DNA from: Ferruginibacter sp.
Lineage (GTDB): Bacteria; Bacteroidota; Bacteroidia; Chitinophagales; Chitinophagaceae
Reading direction: 5' to 3'
Length of the DNA: 64,000 nt
NCBI GenBank assembly: GCA_025359625.1
Contig: JANYFT010000429.1
Coordinates: 596-64,595 of the forward strand
Below the pieces are notes generated by a model. The model was given only the letters and a program-made list of their open reading frames with translations. It had not been told where the DNA came from and made no database searches. Positions 61,301-64,000 of the stretch are shown piece after piece; within the stretch, counting starts at the first letter, position 1, and each line of letters opens with the position of its first letter. The translations under genes and the position numbers were made by a program.

Positions 61301-61528
61301 CAAAACAGTTTCCATTGGTATGGTAATGAACTTTTCCACTTCCTCAGCACTTCTGCCACTCCATTGTGCAATGATGATGATCTGTGTATTGGTTACATCG
61401 GGGAAGGTTTCAATGGGCGTACTTTTATAACTTACCACACCAATTACTGCAAGGATACCCGTTAAAAAAAATACCAGAATGCGGTGCCGTAAAGAAAAAT
61501 GTATTATTTTTTTGATGAACTTATTCAT
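58361..61528 (-). CDS. RND efflux transporter permease, CusA/CzcA heavy-metal-efflux-like family
   Basis: 1055 aa with 12-TM RND architecture. The N-terminus 'FSLRHRILVFF..TPIETFPDVTNTQIIIIAQWSGRSAEEVE' is typical of the CzcA/CusA clade. Confidence 0.92.
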   Translation of the reverse strand: MNKFIKKIIHFSLRHRILVFFLTGILAVIGVVSYKSTPIETFPDVTNTQIIIIAQWSGRSAEEVEKFITIPMETVLNSVQKKSNLRTTSAFGLSYIRIIFDDDVDDAFARQQVMSRLSGADLPDGVKPDVQPPYGPTGEIYRYTLSSATRSIRDLTTVQNWVLDRQFKSVPGVADVNSFGGEEKTFEVSVNPDLLLKYNLTSLDVYNAIAKSNINVGGDVIEKNGQSYLVRGIGLLNNIEEIQNIIITKTKGVPLLIRNVANVVEAGKPRLGQVERADKNGKQKDVIEGIIVMRKGENPSQVLDAIREKIKELNENILPKDVKINTFYDRTNLMDFAQETVIHNLIEGIILVTLIVLLFMADWRTTVTVSIIIPLSLLFAFICMRIKGMSANLLSMGAIDFGIIIDGAVVMVEGLFVAMDHKAREVGMDKFNKLAKLGLFKTTGTEMGKSIFFSKLIIITCLIPIFAFQKVEGKMFSPLAYTLGFALVGALLFTLTLVPALSSILLRKNVKEKHNPIVIFFEKGVGRWLAVVYRNQKLSVLIALAVMILTFFSAKFLGTEFLPDLNEGALWVEAELPMSVSLTEANLVSNKMVDILQKFPEVKQTLSQVGRTNDGTDPKGFFNVQIQVDLIPQKNWKRKITEDQLIDEMDVQLRKFPGIVFNYSQPIRDNVEEAVAGVNAALAVKIFGPDFLVLDSTANQVMDVLKKVKGIDDLGVLRNLGQPEFRIELDQQKMAFYGINTADANAVIEMAIGGKEATQLYEGERKFDVRIRYQQVFRASQETIENLMIPASDGSKIPLKEISAIRTLTGPAFIFRDNNMRHIAVKFSVRGRDLGSTIEEAQKKVNEVVHLQQGYKMSWNGEFENQQRASATLARVVPLCLLVIFLILFVTYGNVKDAFLTIMNVPFALIGGILALHITGINFSISAGIGFIALFGVCIQNGVILISVFRKNLAAKMNLDEAIKEGVRSRVRPVVMTALMAMIGLMPAAISTGIGSETQKPLAVVVIGGLITSTILTLLILPVIYALVFKLIHKRENRKLLRKMGVVGKVEKPNQ

Positions 61529-61583
61529 GTTGCTATTATAAAAACCTTTTTAATATTTGGTGGCTACTCAAGTGAGGTGATTG

Positions 61584-62687
61584 TTATTTTTCTGTCAATG
61601 CCCTAAACAATAATATCTGGTTGGCTGAAATAACTTTTTCGCCAATTTGTAAACCAGATTTGAGGTAAGCCTTATCACCGGAAATTTTTAGCAGTTCTAC
61701 CTGCTGCACTTTTAAATCGCATTTACTATGGTACACTACTACATAATTATTCCCGTTCTCTGAAATGATGGAAGCCGCTGGAATATTAATTGCCTGTTGC
61801 CCCTCTTTATTTATAACAGCAATATTGGCAAACATCTCAGGTTTTAGCTGCAGGTTATCATTTTTTAATTTTACCCTTATCTTCATCACTTTTGTTTCAG
61901 GATCCAAAACCTGGCTAACCTTATCAATAACACCTGTAAAAACTTTATCCGGATAAGCAAGTGTTGTTACAGCAGCTTTATAGCCTTCCTTTACTTTTGC
62001 AATATCTGTTTCATACACATTTGCATACACCCACACATCGCTGATATCTCCAATGGTAAACATATTCTCACTGTTATCATTTCGTATAAAAGCGCCTTCA
62101 CTGATCTTTTTTTCAACCACGTAACCTGCCATGGGTGCCGTTATTACGTAAGTGCCGCCTGCAGTTGTGTGGCCACCACCGTTAATATTTATTTGTTCTT
62201 TTAATTTTTGAACACTGGTTAATGCTTTTGTATAATTCTCTTTTGCCTCCAGGTATTCCCGTTCGCTGGCAATACCATTTTTATACAATGATTCTTCATT
62301 ATCCAGTTGCCTTTTAGCAATGGTTACATCATTGCCGGATGTAGAAAGGTCACTGTAATTACCTGCTACTTCCACACTTTTAATAACCGCTAGCACCTGG
62401 CCCTTACTCACTTTATCACCCTGCGAAACTTTTACTTTCATTACTTTGCCACTGCTAAAGGAAAACACTTTTACCACTTTGCTATCACTAAAGCTTATCT
62501 CACCCGACAATTTTAATTCGCTTTCAATATTACTGGTAGTTGCAGAATCAATGCGGATAATTCTTTCCATCGAATCTGTGATACAGATTTTTTGTGGCGC
62601 ATCCACCTGGTCATCTTTTTTTTCTTTGCAGGAAAATATAAAGGCGGAAGAAAAAAGTATTGCAGTTATTGGTTGGGATATTTTCAT
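61584..62687 (-). CDS. RND efflux periplasmic adaptor (membrane fusion protein)
   Basis: Lipoprotein-like N-terminus '..SSAFIFSC', lipoyl-like 'KGQVLAVIKS' and 'ITAPMAGYVVEK', and a helical hairpin. Confidence 0.9.
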   Translation of the reverse strand: MKISQPITAILFSSAFIFSCKEKKDDQVDAPQKICITDSMERIIRIDSATTSNIESELKLSGEISFSDSKVVKVFSFSSGKVMKVKVSQGDKVSKGQVLAVIKSVEVAGNYSDLSTSGNDVTIAKRQLDNEESLYKNGIASEREYLEAKENYTKALTSVQKLKEQININGGGHTTAGGTYVITAPMAGYVVEKKISEGAFIRNDNSENMFTIGDISDVWVYANVYETDIAKVKEGYKAAVTTLAYPDKVFTGVIDKVSQVLDPETKVMKIRVKLKNDNLQLKPEMFANIAVINKEGQQAINIPAASIISENGNNYVVVYHSKCDLKVQQVELLKISGDKAYLKSGLQIGEKVISANQILLFRALTEK

Positions 62688-62839
62688 TTTATACTGATGA
62701 TGGTTGTTATTAGGGTTTATGTTATTTTATATTTTTTATTTGCATTTTGTGGAGAGTATTTCTGTGAAGGATTAATGATGAAGTATTGATAATTATAAAT
62801 TGCCCTTCAACCTTTGTCTATTCAACATTCACAAAAAAT

Positions 62840-64000
62840 TTAGTTCAACGGAATGATATCGCTTCCCACTGAGTAATTCAAATCTTCAATTGCATGAATG
62901 AGGCCGTTGTGCTGCTCTACCAGTTTTAATTTGTTGTCTTTGTAGGCATCCATAAAATCTATAAATTCTAAAAGGCTCATCTGGCGTTGCTCATAGCTTT
63001 TAAGCATGTTGGCAAAAAGAGCATCATATTGCTGGGAAAAATCTAATTGCTGAAGGTTGTTGACACTCTTGTAAAAAGTAAACTTTGTTACAGCCGTTGC
63101 GATATCATTTTTAATTTTTGCATAGGTTAAATCAGCAATGGTCTGTTGCTGTTGCACCACAAATTTGGCAGCCGCAATATTACCCTGGTTGCGGTTAAAA
63201 ATATTTATAGGCAATGATACTGCCAGTCCAACATAGTTTGGCGCATAGCTGCTCCGTTGATCAAATTCAGAACCAACACTAATATCCGCCTTTGCCAATG
63301 CCTTTTGGTAAATAAGATTGTGATTTTGCAGTGCCACAGATGTTTGTGCAATTTTAGCATCCGGCCTGTTGGTTAGTGCATGCTGTATCAGGCTGTCTGT
63401 AACAGGAATAACAGCGGTAGTTAAATCACCAAACTTGTATCCAAGATTGGGTGCAATAAATTTTGTTTCATTGTTATTCAGCAACAATTTCATTTCGCTT
63501 TGCAAGGGTATCAATTGTGCATCTGCCGAAACCAATTCATTTTGCAAACTAAACAACAATGCTTTTATCCGAAGATTATCTTTTACAGAAACATTGCCAA
63601 CCTGTAGTTGCAGGTCCATACCTTTAACCAGTTTATTTACCTCTTCAATTTCTTTTACATACACTTTTTTTATTTTAAGCAAATGATTCACCTCCAGCAA
63701 ATCATTTTGAAGCACATACCTTAATGTTCGCAACACATCTTCAAACTGCTGCTTTGAGATAGTGGTGTTATCCTGCGCTATTTGTACAGCTTTATTTCTT
63801 TTACCTGCTGTTCTTATCAGTTGCATTACCTGCACATAAAAAGTACCCGTTTCGCCATTGTGCTTAAAAAACCCTCCCTGCTGATCGTAAATATTTTGGT
63901 CGGTAGTTAATATTGGGTTGTCCCAAAGTTTGGCCTGTCGTATCAAAGCCTTATTGGCATCAATATTATACTTACCTGCCAACAGGGATAAATTATTTTG
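62840..64000 (-). CDS. TolC-family outer membrane efflux protein (CzcC-like); the 5' end lies outside the window
   Basis: The frame is open to the right edge upstream of the TTG at 63982. It shows the helical-repeat OMF pattern and is first in the operon order OMF-MFP-RND on the minus strand. Confidence 0.85.
   Translation of the reverse strand, partial: QNNLSLLAGKYNIDANKALIRQAKLWDNPILTTDQNIYDQQGGFFKHNGETGTFYVQVMQLIRTAGKRNKAVQIAQDNTTISKQQFEDVLRTLRYVLQNDLLEVNHLLKIKKVYVKEIEEVNKLVKGMDLQLQVGNVSVKDNLRIKALLFSLQNELVSADAQLIPLQSEMKLLLNNNETKFIAPNLGYKFGDLTTAVIPVTDSLIQHALTNRPDAKIAQTSVALQNHNLIYQKALAKADISVGSEFDQRSSYAPNYVGLAVSLPINIFNRNQGNIAAAKFVVQQQQTIADLTYAKIKNDIATAVTKFTFYKSVNNLQQLDFSQQYDALFANMLKSYEQRQMSLLEFIDFMDAYKDNKLKLVEQHNGLIHAIEDLNYSVGSDIIPLN

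Overview
This 64-kb chromosomal segment reads like a Bacteroidota genome (Chitinophagia/Sphingobacteriia-like). It is moderately AT-rich, has almost no Shine-Dalgarno-like sites, and carries many signal peptides ending in '..AQ'. Typical families are present: DUF4290, a GldE-like CNNM protein, a DUF1800/DUF1501 pair and ECF sigma/anti-sigma triplets. I call about 60 protein-coding genes. The housekeeping core includes metY-metX, map, mreB-mreC-mreD-mrdA-rodA, purD, serS, gcvH, murA, gmk and galE. Transport and stress modules are: chrA with an exported SOD and an OYE flavoreductase; an OprP-like porin divergent from a DUF47-PiT phosphate operon; a POT peptide transporter; and a CzcCBA-type RND efflux operon that runs off the right edge. 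I could not recognise any rRNA, tRNA, CRISPR array, transposase or integrase. Three stretches look accessory or decaying: about 18.3-25.6 kb (orphan genes, acidic proteins, two multi-lesion pseudogenes), 30.5-31.0 kb (an eroded VapBC-like toxin-antitoxin pair) and 56.9-58.3 kb (a very AT-rich orphan island). I found no complete, recognisable novel defence-type system. The best leads for something undescribed are: (i) a translationally coupled TlpA-like thioredoxin plus a CxxC-bearing DUF4395 membrane fusion protein; (ii) an intergenic element of about 85-90 nt present in two same-orientation copies 5.8 kb apart; (iii) the AT-rich orphan island next to the RND operon; (iv) two ECF sigma modules with non-canonical partners, one of which has 138-nt tandem repeats. 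All functional calls rest on motif and family recognition by eye from the supplied translations, not on database searches.
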